Shown: positions 48,276-59,014 of the stretch, piece by piece
Numbering within the stretch: the stretch's first letter is position 1
How the letters are laid out: each line of letters begins with the position of its first letter
From: Candidatus Poriferihabitaceae bacterium
GTDB lineage: Bacteria > Pseudomonadota > Gammaproteobacteria > Arenicellales > Poriferihabitantaceae
Reading direction: 5' to 3'
DNA length: 64,000 nucleotides
Assembly (NCBI GenBank): GCA_965261915.1
Contig: CBDHDW010000013.1
Coordinates: 320,491 to 384,490, forward strand
Notes under the pieces: model-generated
Databases searched by the model: none
What the model was told of the DNA's origin: nothing
The model's input: only the letters and a program-made list of their open reading frames with translations
Translations under genes and position numbers: made by a program

Positions 48276-50042
48276 ATGCAAGTTGCATTACAATGGTCAG
48301 GCCATCCAAAAATGAACGAAGCGTATTGTTACATCATGAGCTGTATAGAGAATGATGAGTGTGTCATTCTTGATGGCGCTATCGCAACAGAGCTGCAGCG
48401 TGCTGGTGCGGCTGATTTCGAACTTAGCGATGATAAGCATTGGGGATTCGATGCGTTACATGCGGCGCCGGAAACAGTTGAACAGATACATAAAAACTAC
48501 CTGGAAGCGGGCGCTAACGTTCTGACTACCAATACCTACTCCATACTCGACGCGCCTTCATATGCTGCCGATTATGATATTCATGTGGAAAAGCCGATTC
48601 ATTGGATGGATTTAGCGAGGCTGGCGATTGATTTACCAAAAAGGGTAATCCAACAGAGCGATTCAAAAAACAAAGCTGTCGTTGCTTTTAGTATCGGCGG
48701 GGAAATTGAATCCGCTGATCAGCTAAATACCATTGAGCTTCTCCTGCGAGTATTTCAGGAGTCACCTCCAGATTTGGTGCTGTTCGAAACCCTGTCGCTA
48801 ATCGACGACAATTTGACCATGGATGCGATAAAACGAATTATTGCATCTGCTATCCCTGTGTGGGTTTCATTTAGAAGATGCAGGAAAGGGGTGTGTGGTA
48901 TTCACGGTCAACTTTGGGGAGGCCCAGAAGGAGATCGGTTTGGGCGTTTGGCGCAATCGATGGAATCCGTGGGTGTGGATGCTTTGATGATTAATTGTAT
49001 GCCAATCAATCGAGTTGATGGAACCTTGCCTTGGTTAAGAGATTTTACTCAGTTGCCGCTTGGTGTTTATCCTAATCTGGGGCGGTTTGTAGAAACAGGC
49101 TGGAGGTTCGACAATAGGGTCAGTTCAGGTGAGTTTGGCGAAATCGCGATGGGCTGGAGAGAGCAGGGTGCTCAATTGATAGGCGGTTGCTGTGGTGTAG
49201 GACCGTCCGAAATTAGACAATTGGCCAACACCCTTAAAAATACACCGCTGGGTAGTTTGCGCAGAAAGCCGCAGGAAGTAGATCCGCCGCCATCGGCGAA
49301 TGTTAATCTGACAGACGAAAGCTATTGGCAAGATGAAACGGGTAATAATTTATACCCACTACCACTGCCAAAAATTTCTGTTGATTCGGGGGTATTTGTT
49401 CCAACTCAAGGCAGTTACCTAATCTGGAAGTATTTATTCAACACGAAAACGGGGAATCAGAAACGGTGTCTCGATATTGGGTGCGGTGTTGGAATCCTGG
49501 CGATACAACTGGCCTTAAATGGTGCGGCGCATGTTACTGCGTTTGATATCCAGCCTGAAGCAGTGGATAACACACTGACCAATGCTTTCCGAAATGGAGT
49601 GTCGGACAGAATGGAAGGTATTGCAGCAGATTTATATTCGTTTTTACCTGAGGACAGGTTTGATGTGATTGTTGCCAGTCTCTATCAAATGCCAACCAAT
49701 CCCCGAGGCCAAACTCGCGGCCATCGAGATATCGATTATTGGGGTAGAAATCTTCTGGATCACTTTATCAAAAATCTCGATAATTACTTAAACCCAGATG
49801 GCCGGGCATATTTGATGCAGGTCTCAATGCTGGGGGCAAAGCGTACGGAAGATTTGTTGGCACGCTACGGATTTTGTGCGCGGGTAGTTGACTTCAATCT
49901 TTATCAGTTTAATCCGGTTTTTAAAGATAATCTGGAGCAAATTCAATCGGTGGAGAGATTGTCAGATGCTTACCATTTCAAGTTTGGAGAAAACGAACAC
50001 ACCATGGTGATGTATCTTTTGGAGATTTGGAGGCGGGAGTAG
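48276..50042 (+). CDS. Fusion protein: homocysteine S-methyltransferase domain plus class I SAM-dependent methyltransferase domain
   Basis: The N-terminal ~330 aa contain ILDGAIATELQRAG, LTTNTYS, MINCMP and LIGGCCGVGPSEI (Zn/thiol ligand motifs). The C-terminal ~230 aa contain CLDIGCGVGILAIQLALNGA (SAM motif I) and FDVIVAS. The start is probably an internal Met (MNEAY or MSCIEND). Confidence 0.75.
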   Translation: MQVALQWSGHPKMNEAYCYIMSCIENDECVILDGAIATELQRAGAADFELSDDKHWGFDALHAAPETVEQIHKNYLEAGANVLTTNTYSILDAPSYAADYDIHVEKPIHWMDLARLAIDLPKRVIQQSDSKNKAVVAFSIGGEIESADQLNTIELLLRVFQESPPDLVLFETLSLIDDNLTMDAIKRIIASAIPVWVSFRRCRKGVCGIHGQLWGGPEGDRFGRLAQSMESVGVDALMINCMPINRVDGTLPWLRDFTQLPLGVYPNLGRFVETGWRFDNRVSSGEFGEIAMGWREQGAQLIGGCCGVGPSEIRQLANTLKNTPLGSLRRKPQEVDPPPSANVNLTDESYWQDETGNNLYPLPLPKISVDSGVFVPTQGSYLIWKYLFNTKTGNQKRCLDIGCGVGILAIQLALNGAAHVTAFDIQPEAVDNTLTNAFRNGVSDRMEGIAADLYSFLPEDRFDVIVASLYQMPTNPRGQTRGHRDIDYWGRNLLDHFIKNLDNYLNPDGRAYLMQVSMLGAKRTEDLLARYGFCARVVDFNLYQFNPVFKDNLEQIQSVERLSDAYHFKFGENEHTMVMYLLEIWRRE

Positions 50043-50077
50043 AAGTGATTGTTTCCCGGCGATTTATGTATTTTAAA

Positions 50078-51004
50078 TCAGGCATGGACGATATGGCCAC
50101 CGAACTCACCAGCATATCTTCCCCGAGTATCCACCCCGTACTCTCGGGCTTTCCATGTTAAATAGAATGGGTCAATGGGTATGCAGTGTCCACCCAGACC
50201 CGGGCCAGGATAGTAAGGGGTAAATCCGAATGGTTTTGTTTTAGCAGCGTCAATAACTTCGTGGATACTTATTTCCATCGCATCAGCAACAATTTTCATC
50301 TCATTTACAAGCCCAATATTCACTGCACGATGGATGTTTTCCAAAAGTTTGGACATCTCGACGACTTTAAGCGAGGTAACCGGAATAACGTTGTCAACTG
50401 CGGGTGAATACAATGCAATTCCGGCCTTCAAACCGTCATCGGAATAACCGCCGCATACTTTTGGAATTGTCTGGGTATCGAAGTCAGGGTTGCCAGGGTC
50501 CTCCCTTTCCGGTGAATATACGAGAAATAGATTTTTTCCGGCCTGCAATTCTGGTGTTTCAACTCTTGGAAGAATTTCTTCTTCGGTCGTTCCCGGATAC
50601 GTCGTGCTTTCCAAAGACACTACCTGGCCGGCTCTTAAGTGTGGGGCGATGGATTCCGCCGTATTCAGTACAAACTGTAAATCTGGTTTTCGTTCTTGAT
50701 CCAGCGGAGTGGGAACGCACATTATGATGGCGTCTGCGGATGAAACTTTTGAAAAGCTGTTTGTCGGCTCAAATCCCTGAGTTAATGCCGTTTGAATGCG
50801 TTCGGCAGGAATATGTTCAATGTAGCTTTCACCTGCAGCCAGTAAAGCAATTTTTTCTATATCAATATCGATCCCAACCACTTTGTAACCGATTTCTGAA
50901 TATCGAATAACAATTGGCAATCCCACGTAACCTAGCCCGACTACCGCAACGGTGGCAGATTTGCTTTGAAAACGATCAAGCAGCTGTTGTAAATGTGGAT
51001 TCAA
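50078..51004 (-). pseudogene. UDP-sugar (UDP-glucose/GDP-mannose family) dehydrogenase lacking the C-terminal domain
   Basis: [12 protein letters not shown] and [20 protein letters not shown] are present. The frame ends at aa 308 with non-homologous residues, where the family normally runs ~420-440 aa. A convergent gene ends 35 bp away. Confidence 0.6.
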
Positions 51005-51122
51005 TGGTGGTTTGTTGATTAATCGAAAGCAATGTTGGCGAGCCGGATTGTAGCGGATAAGCGATTCTTTCTCATCGATTTAGTTGGCTTAATATTTTGA
51101 AAAGAATCTGATAGTAATCTGA

Positions 51123-52247
51123 TTATCCGATAATATTTTTCTTTTTTAGTTCATCGATCCGGCGTTGAGAATAACCCAGTTTGCTGAGAATATTTTGTGT
51201 ATCCTGGCCTTGTATTTTGGCACCATGCCGTATAGATGATGGGGTTTTGTCAAATCTGGGTGCGGGTGCAGGTTGAGTAATATTTTCAATTTTGATATAC
51301 ACCTGCCTTTCCCTGTTTGCCGCGAAGTTGATCGCTTCATTCAAATCCAATACCGGTGCGAAGCAAACATCGGTGCCCTGTAGTAAGTCGCACCAACGAT
51401 CCCGATCGTATTCGGCAAAGATTTTCTCAAGCCTGGCAGTATTCCTGCTCCAACTGGACTTATCCTGAGAATTGAGCACTTCTGACGCGGAAATACCGAG
51501 TCGCTCAAGGAGTTCATTGTAAAATTTTTTTTCGACTGCAGCAATCGATATATATTTATTGTCGGCACACCGGTAAACATTGTAATAAGGGGAACCCCCA
51601 TCCAGCAAGTTGGCTTGTCGTTTTGTGCCATCCCATTGATCTTCGGCCGCCATACTATGAATCATCCACATTTGCTGCGCCGCGCCGTCCACCATGGCGG
51701 AATCAATGGTCTGGCCGGTTCCGGATATACTTCTTTCCAGTAACGCACCAAGTATCCCGTTGACCAGTAACATTCCGCCGCCGCCCATATCACCCACCAA
51801 ATTTAATGGGATTGCCGGTTTTTCATCTGCAGGCCCAATTGCGTGTAAAATACCAGTTATGGAGATATAGTTAATATCGTGACCTGCAGCATGGGCTAAT
51901 GAACCCGTTTGTCCCCAGCCGGTAATTCTGGCAAAAATCAATTCGGGGCGGATGGCGTGGCACGTATCCGGACCAATGCCCAGGCGTTCACACACCCCCG
52001 GGCGGAATGGGTCAATCAGTACATCACTTACTTTAATTATATCTTTTAAAGTATTGATTCCAGATGGGGATTTAAGATCGATTTCAATAGAAAACTTACC
52101 CCTAAAACTGATATCGCGAGCAGTTTTACGATTAGGATTTTCAACGACAATGACCTCTGCTCCCATGTCTGCCAACATCATTCCAGCCATAGGGCCGGGC
52201 CCGATTCCGGCTAATTCAACAACTTTGGTTCCGTCTAAACATCCCAT
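51123..52247 (-). CDS. Family III CoA-transferase (CaiB/BaiF; alpha-methylacyl-CoA racemase-like)
   Basis: VVELAGIGPGPMAGMMLADMGAEVIVVE at the N-terminus and a family-typical catalytic Asp region. Confidence 0.85.
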   Translation of the reverse strand: MGCLDGTKVVELAGIGPGPMAGMMLADMGAEVIVVENPNRKTARDISFRGKFSIEIDLKSPSGINTLKDIIKVSDVLIDPFRPGVCERLGIGPDTCHAIRPELIFARITGWGQTGSLAHAAGHDINYISITGILHAIGPADEKPAIPLNLVGDMGGGGMLLVNGILGALLERSISGTGQTIDSAMVDGAAQQMWMIHSMAAEDQWDGTKRQANLLDGGSPYYNVYRCADNKYISIAAVEKKFYNELLERLGISASEVLNSQDKSSWSRNTARLEKIFAEYDRDRWCDLLQGTDVCFAPVLDLNEAINFAANRERQVYIKIENITQPAPAPRFDKTPSSIRHGAKIQGQDTQNILSKLGYSQRRIDELKKKNIIG

Positions 52248-52282
52248 GGTTTTAAATTATTCGTGGAATTGTAGAAAGTAAG

Positions 52283-53866
52283 CTATTTTAATATAATTTG
52301 CTTAACCCACTTCATGTTGTCCAGACCGGATAACATTTTGACTGCTTTTTTGGTCATGCGCGCATCTACCGCAATCACACCAAGCGCCTCTCCACCTTTA
52401 TTCTGTCTGCCCAGACTGAAATGAGCGACGTTGATTTTGTTGCTCCCAAGAAGGGCGCCTACGTCACCAATCACGCCAGGTTTATCGACGTTCGAGAAAA
52501 CCAATAATACGCCAAACAGGAGTAAATCAACTTCAAATCCGTCAATTTCGAGTAGTCGCGGTTCTCCATCAGAGAATGTTGTTCCGGCAAAATGGTGCTG
52601 AGTATCATTCATGTCAACGCTAAGGCGAATTAGCGAGCGGTAGTTTTGACTGTCTTCATTAACCGAGCTGGTTAGTGATATGCCGCGCTCTTCTGCTATT
52701 AGCGGCGCATTGACAGCATTAACGGCATTGCCGCTAACTGACTTCAGGATTCCGGATAAAACAGTGTTGTTTACTGCCGGAATTTCTTCGAATCCTTCAC
52801 CGCAGTATTCAATGTGTATTTTTGAAATTCCGCCACCGATGTACTGCTGCGCTAATCGACCCAGTTTTTCGGCGAGTTCGAGCACCGGTTTTAAGCGGCT
52901 GTAAGTATGCCAATTATTGACCGGGATATTGACCGCTTCCCTGAATACTTCGCCGGTAAGTGCATCGGCAACTTGCTCAGCAATCTGAATTCCCACTGTC
53001 CTTTGGCTCTCAACGGTTTTAGAGCTCAGGTGCGGTGTAACAATCAGATTGGGGAGCTTTAAAAGATTTGACCCGATGGGGGGATCATGCTGAAAAACAT
53101 CGAGCGCACAGGCTGCGATTTTTCCCGATCTTAAGCCTTCGAATAAAGCTGATTCCTCAATCAAATTACCCCGTGCGCAATTGACGATTCTCATTCCTGG
53201 TTTGGCTGCGGCGATAATAGTGTCGTTGATAATGTTGGTCGTTTCCTCAGTTTCTGGAAGATGAAGCGATAGAAAATCACAGTTCGCAACCATAGCGGCC
53301 AAATCAGCGTAGAGTTCAACATCCAAACTACGTGCCTGATCCGTTGCAAGGTAGGCATCATAGCCAATGACATCCATTTCCATAGCCAGGCAGCGGCTGG
53401 CGACTCGGCTGCCAATTTTCCCCAGGCCGACGATTCCCATTATCTTACCGCAGAGTTCGACACCGGTGAAAGCCGAATTATCCCAGCTTCGTTTAGCGAC
53501 AACTGACTGGTGTGCTGCAGGGATATTTCGCGCCATCGACAATAGCATTGCCATGGTATGCTCAACTGTGGCGATTGTGTTACCGGAAGGGGTGTTTAGA
53601 ATTGCGATTCCCCTGCGCGTGGCGGTTTCAAGATCGATATTGTCGATGCCAACTCCCGCTCTGCCAATTACCCGAAGATTTTCCGCGGCTTCCAGTAAAT
53701 CACGGGTTATTTCAGTTCCGCTTCGTATTATCCAGCCATCGGCATCTTTTGACGCTCGCGCCAGAGTATCACCGTCAGGTTTAATGAGCAGTTCAATTTC
53801 AAATCCACGATCCTGCAATAAAGCAAGTGCAGCATCATCAATCTTGTCGCTAACCAGAATTTTCAT
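52283..53866 (-). CDS. serA: D-3-phosphoglycerate dehydrogenase (long form with ASB and ACT domains)
   Basis: MKILVSDKI..., GIVGLGKIGSRVA, catalytic ARG...TPHL context, and a C-terminal ACT domain. 527 aa. Confidence 0.9.
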   Translation of the reverse strand: MKILVSDKIDDAALALLQDRGFEIELLIKPDGDTLARASKDADGWIIRSGTEITRDLLEAAENLRVIGRAGVGIDNIDLETATRRGIAILNTPSGNTIATVEHTMAMLLSMARNIPAAHQSVVAKRSWDNSAFTGVELCGKIMGIVGLGKIGSRVASRCLAMEMDVIGYDAYLATDQARSLDVELYADLAAMVANCDFLSLHLPETEETTNIINDTIIAAAKPGMRIVNCARGNLIEESALFEGLRSGKIAACALDVFQHDPPIGSNLLKLPNLIVTPHLSSKTVESQRTVGIQIAEQVADALTGEVFREAVNIPVNNWHTYSRLKPVLELAEKLGRLAQQYIGGGISKIHIEYCGEGFEEIPAVNNTVLSGILKSVSGNAVNAVNAPLIAEERGISLTSSVNEDSQNYRSLIRLSVDMNDTQHHFAGTTFSDGEPRLLEIDGFEVDLLLFGVLLVFSNVDKPGVIGDVGALLGSNKINVAHFSLGRQNKGGEALGVIAVDARMTKKAVKMLSGLDNMKWVKQIILK

Positions 53867-54007
53867 TAGTTGTCAGGATGTAGTCGTTGCTAAAGAGATG
53901 AGTCGAGTTTAATAGAAGTGGACTGCGTTTTGCACGATTTAACACAGCGGTATGCAATGGGAAATTATTCGATATAATCCTCCTCAATTGGTATCAAATA
54001 AATTGGC

Positions 54008-55138
54008 ATGAGAATTGAAGAAGACCATAAACTGGATTACAGCAGCGTCCTGATCCGACCAAAACGCAGCACCCTGGGCAGCAGAAAGGAAGTCGACTTA
54101 TATCGTGAGTTTTTTTTTAGAAACGCCAGCCTTAAGGAAGGCGAACCCCATTACAACGGCATCCCGATTATGGCATCTAATATGGATGGGGTGGGTACTT
54201 TTGAAATAGCAGATGTACTGGCCGCTGAGGGTCTGTTCACCTGTTTGGTAAAAAGCTACGATGAGAAGGCGTTAGTGGACTTTTTTGATGAATCGCAACT
54301 CGCAAGAAGAGAGAATGTTGCGTATTCCATGGGAATCACGCCAGTTGATTTCGAGAAATTCGATTCTGTTTACAGCACTTCTTCTGTTCGGCTGAAATAC
54401 GTTTGTGTAGATGTTGCCAATGGTTACTCTGAGCGCTTTTCAGATTTTATAAAGCAGTTACGCGACAAAGCACCGGATGTGGCCATTATTGCAGGTAATG
54501 TGGTTACTGGAGAAATGACCGAAGAACTCATTTTAAGTGGGGCGGATATCGTCAAGGTTGGAATAGGGCCTGGCAGTGTATGCACTACCCGAATTCAAAC
54601 GGGTGTCGGGTTTCCCCAACTCTCGGCAGTCATCGAATGTGCGGATTCTGCCCATGGACTGGGTGGCCACGTGATTGCCGACGGCGGTTGTACCTGTCCT
54701 GGCGATGTTGCCAAGGCATTTGCGGCAGGTGCTGACTACGTCATGTTGGGTGGTATGTTCGCAGGACACGATCAGGGTGGTGGCGAAGTAATCACACGCT
54801 ACTTTAAAACAAGTGAAGTTACCAGGCAGGGAGATGAGTGGACGGATGTTATCGAAGAGCAAAAGTATGTGCAGTTTTATGGCATGAGCTCAAAAGCCGC
54901 TAATGACAAGCATTTTGGCGGCTTAAAAGAGTATCGGTCATCAGAAGGCAGAGACATACTGGTGCCGTATCGTGGATCCATCGAGAATACGGTGCAGGAT
55001 TTGCTGGGTGGAATCAGAAGCACCTGTACTTATGCGGGAGCAAAAAAGCTCAAATGGCTAAGCAAATGTACAACATTTGTAAAAACCGACCAGCAATTCA
55101 ATCAGGTGTTTATTGGGCAGGATCAAGGCTCAGGATAG
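54008..55138 (+). CDS. guaC: GMP reductase
   Basis: [29 protein letters not shown] matches the GuaC N-terminus. [12 protein letters not shown] carries the catalytic Cys loop. Confidence 0.85.
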   Translation: MRIEEDHKLDYSSVLIRPKRSTLGSRKEVDLYREFFFRNASLKEGEPHYNGIPIMASNMDGVGTFEIADVLAAEGLFTCLVKSYDEKALVDFFDESQLARRENVAYSMGITPVDFEKFDSVYSTSSVRLKYVCVDVANGYSERFSDFIKQLRDKAPDVAIIAGNVVTGEMTEELILSGADIVKVGIGPGSVCTTRIQTGVGFPQLSAVIECADSAHGLGGHVIADGGCTCPGDVAKAFAAGADYVMLGGMFAGHDQGGGEVITRYFKTSEVTRQGDEWTDVIEEQKYVQFYGMSSKAANDKHFGGLKEYRSSEGRDILVPYRGSIENTVQDLLGGIRSTCTYAGAKKLKWLSKCTTFVKTDQQFNQVFIGQDQGSG

Positions 55139-55313
55139 CTCAGAAGCCAGAAGTTTGAACCGAGAAATACCGAGTTCAAGGCGTAGTATCAGCCGCAAAT
55201 AACTAAGGAGTTCAGGAAACGGCGGCAACACAATGACCGTCCGAAGAAGCCTGCTTGCTAAAAAGATGCAGCAAAAGAAAAAGCGAGCCGAGGCCCGCTT
55301 TCAAACAATGAGT

Positions 55314-56851
55314 GTAACTGCCCAGGTACCCTAAGGAATAATTCTCTTGGAATAATTCTCTTGCCTGAGGAATCCCGATGTGATTCATTAAGATTATGAT
55401 TTTTCCAGACGCACCCAAAGGTTATGTTTCCGTTGAGGCTTATGAAGAGCTGAAGCAGAAGAATGCACAAACGATAGCCCTGCTTGTGGCTCGCATTGAA
55501 GATCTGGAACGTCGCCTCAGCTTGAACAGCAGCAACAGTAGCAAGCCGCCTTCAAGCGACGGCCTAAAGAAGCCCAAGGCTGAACTCAGAACCAAAAGTC
55601 TGCGGAGAAAATCCGGTAAAAAGTCAGGCGGGCAGAAAGGCCACAAGGGAAGCACCCTGTGCCAAACGGCAGACCCCGATCATGTTGAAGATCACTTTCC
55701 TTCTGTCTGCGGGCAATGTGGCACACCGCTGTCGCCATCAATGGCAGAGGATTACGCCGCACGACAGGTGTTTGACCTGCCCGAGCCACAACCCCTGGTG
55801 ACAACGGAACACAGGGCACATGTCTGCCTTTGCGGCCACTGTGGGGAAACAACCAAGGCGGCGTTTCCTCTGGAAGTAAAGGCACCCGTGCAGTACGGGC
55901 CACGCATTGCCGGAGTGGCAACATATCTCCAATGCGCCCATTTCCTGCCGGAAGACAGACTGGCGCAAATAATGGCCGATTTGTTCAATGCCCCTTTGGT
56001 TCCTGCCACTGTGGCCGCCATGAACCGCAAAGCATCAGAGCGGCTCAAGGGGGTTGCTTCTCACCTGCAGGATGTGATCGCCCAACAGGTCCACGTCAAA
56101 CATCTTGACGAGACGGGTTTCCGGATTACGGGGTGCCTGCAATGGCTTCACGTTGCCTGTACACCGCTTCTGGCTTTCTACCGGGTCAGCAGCAAACGCG
56201 GTAATCTGTTATCCAATCTCACGGGCTGTATCGTGCATGATCATTGGCAGCCCTACTTCACGCTGGATGGTGTTACCCATGCGTTGTGCAATGCACACCA
56301 TTTACGGGAACTGCAAGCGTTGGTCGAAATAGAACAGGAAGATTGGGCTGGTCAGATGCAAAGGCTACTGCGGCGTGCGCACCATGTCACACAGGCCGCG
56401 CGGGATAAGGGCGTGGCGGTTTCAACACCGCTTGTTGCGCTTATTAATCGGCGATACGACAGGATCATCACCGCTGCATTGGGTTTCCATGAGGAATTGC
56501 CTCCACTCGTGCCGCCAAAACCCGGAAGACGGGGGCGCAAGAAGCGACGGACAGGACATAATCTGGCTTTACGATTGCGCGATCACAAGGAAGGCACCCT
56601 GCGCTTTCTGACAGATCCCGACGTACCCTTCACAAACAACGAAGCTGAACGCGACCTGCGGATGATGAAACTACGTCAGAAAATATCGGGAGGGTTCAGG
56701 TCTGAACAAGGGGCAGAGGATTTTGCCACCCTGCGCAGCGTCATCACAACGGCGAGAAAACAAGGATGGAACATCATCGAAACACTGATGATGCCTGCCG
56801 ATCAGATTATCGCAACACTGAAATACGCTTAAAAACAACCTGGGCAGTTAC
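55314..56851 (+). mobile_element. IS66-family element carrying only the TnpC-type transposase
   Basis: Terminal inverted repeats are GTAACTGCCCAGGT (55314-55327) and ACCTGGGCAGTTAC (56838-56851). There is a single transposase ORF. No clear target duplication seen. Confidence 0.8.
55396..56832 (+). CDS. IS66-family transposase (TnpC)
   Basis: LERRLSLNSSNSSKPPSSDG, a Zn-finger region (CGQCG...CLCGHCG), LDETGFRI, CNAHHLRELQA, and TNNEAERDLRMMKLRQKISGGFRS. Confidence 0.92.
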   Translation: MIFPDAPKGYVSVEAYEELKQKNAQTIALLVARIEDLERRLSLNSSNSSKPPSSDGLKKPKAELRTKSLRRKSGKKSGGQKGHKGSTLCQTADPDHVEDHFPSVCGQCGTPLSPSMAEDYAARQVFDLPEPQPLVTTEHRAHVCLCGHCGETTKAAFPLEVKAPVQYGPRIAGVATYLQCAHFLPEDRLAQIMADLFNAPLVPATVAAMNRKASERLKGVASHLQDVIAQQVHVKHLDETGFRITGCLQWLHVACTPLLAFYRVSSKRGNLLSNLTGCIVHDHWQPYFTLDGVTHALCNAHHLRELQALVEIEQEDWAGQMQRLLRRAHHVTQAARDKGVAVSTPLVALINRRYDRIITAALGFHEELPPLVPPKPGRRGRKKRRTGHNLALRLRDHKEGTLRFLTDPDVPFTNNEAERDLRMMKLRQKISGGFRSEQGAEDFATLRSVITTARKQGWNIIETLMMPADQIIATLKYA

Positions 56852-56942
56852 CCCAGAACAACGCGAACCTTTTCTGTTACCGGAGATTGGGGGTAGTGGT
56901 GGAGTATTATTTCAGGCATCAGTCTATTTCAAAATCCGAATG

Positions 56943-57689
56943 TTATTTGGTCGCCAGATAACCTTGCCAACAAAGCTTTGCGAACATCGTTTCAACGTTT
57001 TTAAATCCGGCTGCTTTAAGCATTTGGATGTTCTGATCTTCTGTTTGAGGCACCAAAACTCCTTCCAGTGAACCGGCTTTTGAACGTATTTCTGCTTCAG
57101 AGTAGCCTTGCTCGCGTTTGTATTCAAAATACGCTTCATTAACCATTTGGTTCCTTTTTTGGTTAGCGAAAGTTATTTTCTCGAACAATACCAATTTCCC
57201 GTTTTCCTGTAGCGCTTTATAGATAGCGTTGACAGTTCCCGGCCGCTGAGATACCGGCACAAATTGCAAAGTGTAGTAACTGACCACCATTGACGCCGTG
57301 TGAAAATGATAATCGGTAATATCTCCCAGATCAAATGAAGTCGTCGCGAATCTGTCGCAGCGCTTACGGGCGATTTCCAACATGCCGTCTACCTGGTCGA
57401 TGCCTTTGATACAAAACGATCGATCTGAAACGGCTTCAGCAATCTTTTCCGTCAGCACACCAGTAGAGCAACCCAGCTCGTAAATGAGTCCATCACCCGC
57501 ATCCAGAGTTTTCGCAATCTCAACCACCAAACCATGTCCCTGGTCATAGCCGGGAATCGAACGTGAAACATGGCGGTCAAACCGTTCCGGCACATTACCA
57601 TCAAATCGCCAGCTACTTTTCTGCGCGACGATACCATCTCCAACCTCACTATCAGCCGGGCAATCTAAACTGGACTTGCTACGCTTCAA
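56943..57689 (-). CDS. cmoA: Carboxy-SAM synthase CmoA-like class I methyltransferase
   Basis: FDGNVPERFDRHVSRSIPGYD, IYELGCSTG and SYYTLQFV parallel E. coli CmoA blocks ([36 protein letters not shown]). Confidence 0.65.
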   Translation of the reverse strand: MKRSKSSLDCPADSEVGDGIVAQKSSWRFDGNVPERFDRHVSRSIPGYDQGHGLVVEIAKTLDAGDGLIYELGCSTGVLTEKIAEAVSDRSFCIKGIDQVDGMLEIARKRCDRFATTSFDLGDITDYHFHTASMVVSYYTLQFVPVSQRPGTVNAIYKALQENGKLVLFEKITFANQKRNQMVNEAYFEYKREQGYSEAEIRSKAGSLEGVLVPQTEDQNIQMLKAAGFKNVETMFAKLCWQGYLATK

Positions 57690-57721
57690 ACTTATCCCCT
57701 ACTTCTCTTTTTCCATTAATA

Positions 57722-57940
57722 TCAATATTGTGAGCTAATTTCGTATTGCATCGGTTTTCTCTTAACCCGACACCAGAATTGCAAAATCGCTGCCGCTATT
57801 ACAAACCGATAAAATACCGACAACGCGGCGAGCGCATCAGTTAGCTGGATTTTAATGACATACCACGAAGATCCCCCAATAATTACCGTGGCCAGGTAAA
57901 GAAACCACGTACTCATCACAAAGGAAAACAGGTTAGCCAC
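57722..57940 (-). pseudogene. EamA/DMT transporter N-terminal fragment
   Basis: VIIGGSSWYVIKIQL...LSVFYRFVIAAAIL resembles the first two TM segments of EamA-family proteins. It ends after 72 aa. Confidence 0.4.
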
Positions 57941-58014
57941 GCGCTCAGGAAAACACGGAAGGTCGACTACAACGACTCACTTCGAAAATGATAAATAGAG
58001 AAATCGCGGCGATT

Positions 58015-58620
58015 TTACAATGCACCAAATGCAGCGCTAAAACCGGAAAGTGAAAACGGCAGGCGAATGGTTTTACCCGGGGCTGAAATAGACTCGATTT
58101 CCATATAACCTTTTTTACCTTTTTTCATACTAAAAATATCATCGTCCGTGAGCGCAATTCGGGCATAACACCCTCTTTTGTCGCACCACGAAAATGGATA
58201 CTGGCGAGACTCCGCACCATCAACGGAAAACACCAGTTTGGCGGTAAGCAAGGTTTCGAGCGGCGTCATTATCGTAGCCGCAGCAGAAATGCCTTCTTCT
58301 TCACTGATACGAAGTATCGTGAATTCCGCGGTGGGGTGCGAACTGTCATCCTCAATGAGCTGGTACATGTAGCACGGCTCAACTTCGGTACCCGTAGACA
58401 GACAGAGTTTCTGCCAATTTTTAAAGGTGTCTGAAACATAATATTGCCCAACTGGGTTTTGGCCGGTGGTTTCCTGGGCATTAGCGGTAGGAGTAAAGCA
58501 AAAGATACACACCATCGGTATCCCAAATACAATGAGGAAAATTCCAGCTCGGTTTTTTGAAAAATTTAACAACATATCAATACTATTTTTCCGCAGCGGC
58601 AATTCTAGATCACAGCGCAA
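58015..58620 (-). CDS. Invasion-associated locus B (IalB) family periplasmic protein
   Basis: Signal peptide, then W.K.C....C.M.Q, ...P.E..L...L...VDG.....PF.WCDKRGCYA, ...SLSGFSAAFGAL. The likely start is Met16 (58575). Confidence 0.6.
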   Translation of the reverse strand: MRCDLELPLRKNSIDMLLNFSKNRAGIFLIVFGIPMVCIFCFTPTANAQETTGQNPVGQYYVSDTFKNWQKLCLSTGTEVEPCYMYQLIEDDSSHPTAEFTILRISEEEGISAAATIMTPLETLLTAKLVFSVDGAESRQYPFSWCDKRGCYARIALTDDDIFSMKKGKKGYMEIESISAPGKTIRLPFSLSGFSAAFGAL

Positions 58621-58657
58621 ACGAGCACTACTGATTTCTCCTTATTTTTCTACCCAA

Positions 58658-58897
58658 TCAAGCTGAATAAAATCCAAGCTGAATAAAATCATCCCAGCAG
58701 ATACAAACAGGAACTTCAATCTTCGAATACGTTGTTTCGCGGATCAATTTTCCGGACTCTTTCCCCGCATAAATATAATCCACTGCCCGATTGCATTGCT
58801 GCTTGTCCTGAAAATACATGATGAAAAAGTATTCGTGATCGCGTTCCGAATCGGTATCCATGAGCGGATGCCGATCGCGCTTTCCAATATCCAGCAC
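58658..58897 (-). CDS. Hypothetical protein (79 aa), possibly a gene fragment
   Basis: ORF only, with no recognisable motif. It lies in a region containing other remnants. Confidence 0.2.
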   Translation of the reverse strand: MLDIGKRDRHPLMDTDSERDHEYFFIMYFQDKQQCNRAVDYIYAGKESGKLIRETTYSKIEVPVCICWDDFIQLGFYSA

Positions 58898-59014
58898 AAC
58901 TCAATAACCATTTTCAGATCAGGCAAAGACGCAAATCTTCACGTATGACAATGCTAATTATCCGTTATAATCGTTATACTCCGCCGCCACTACTTTGACA
59001 TTATTTGATCCGCG

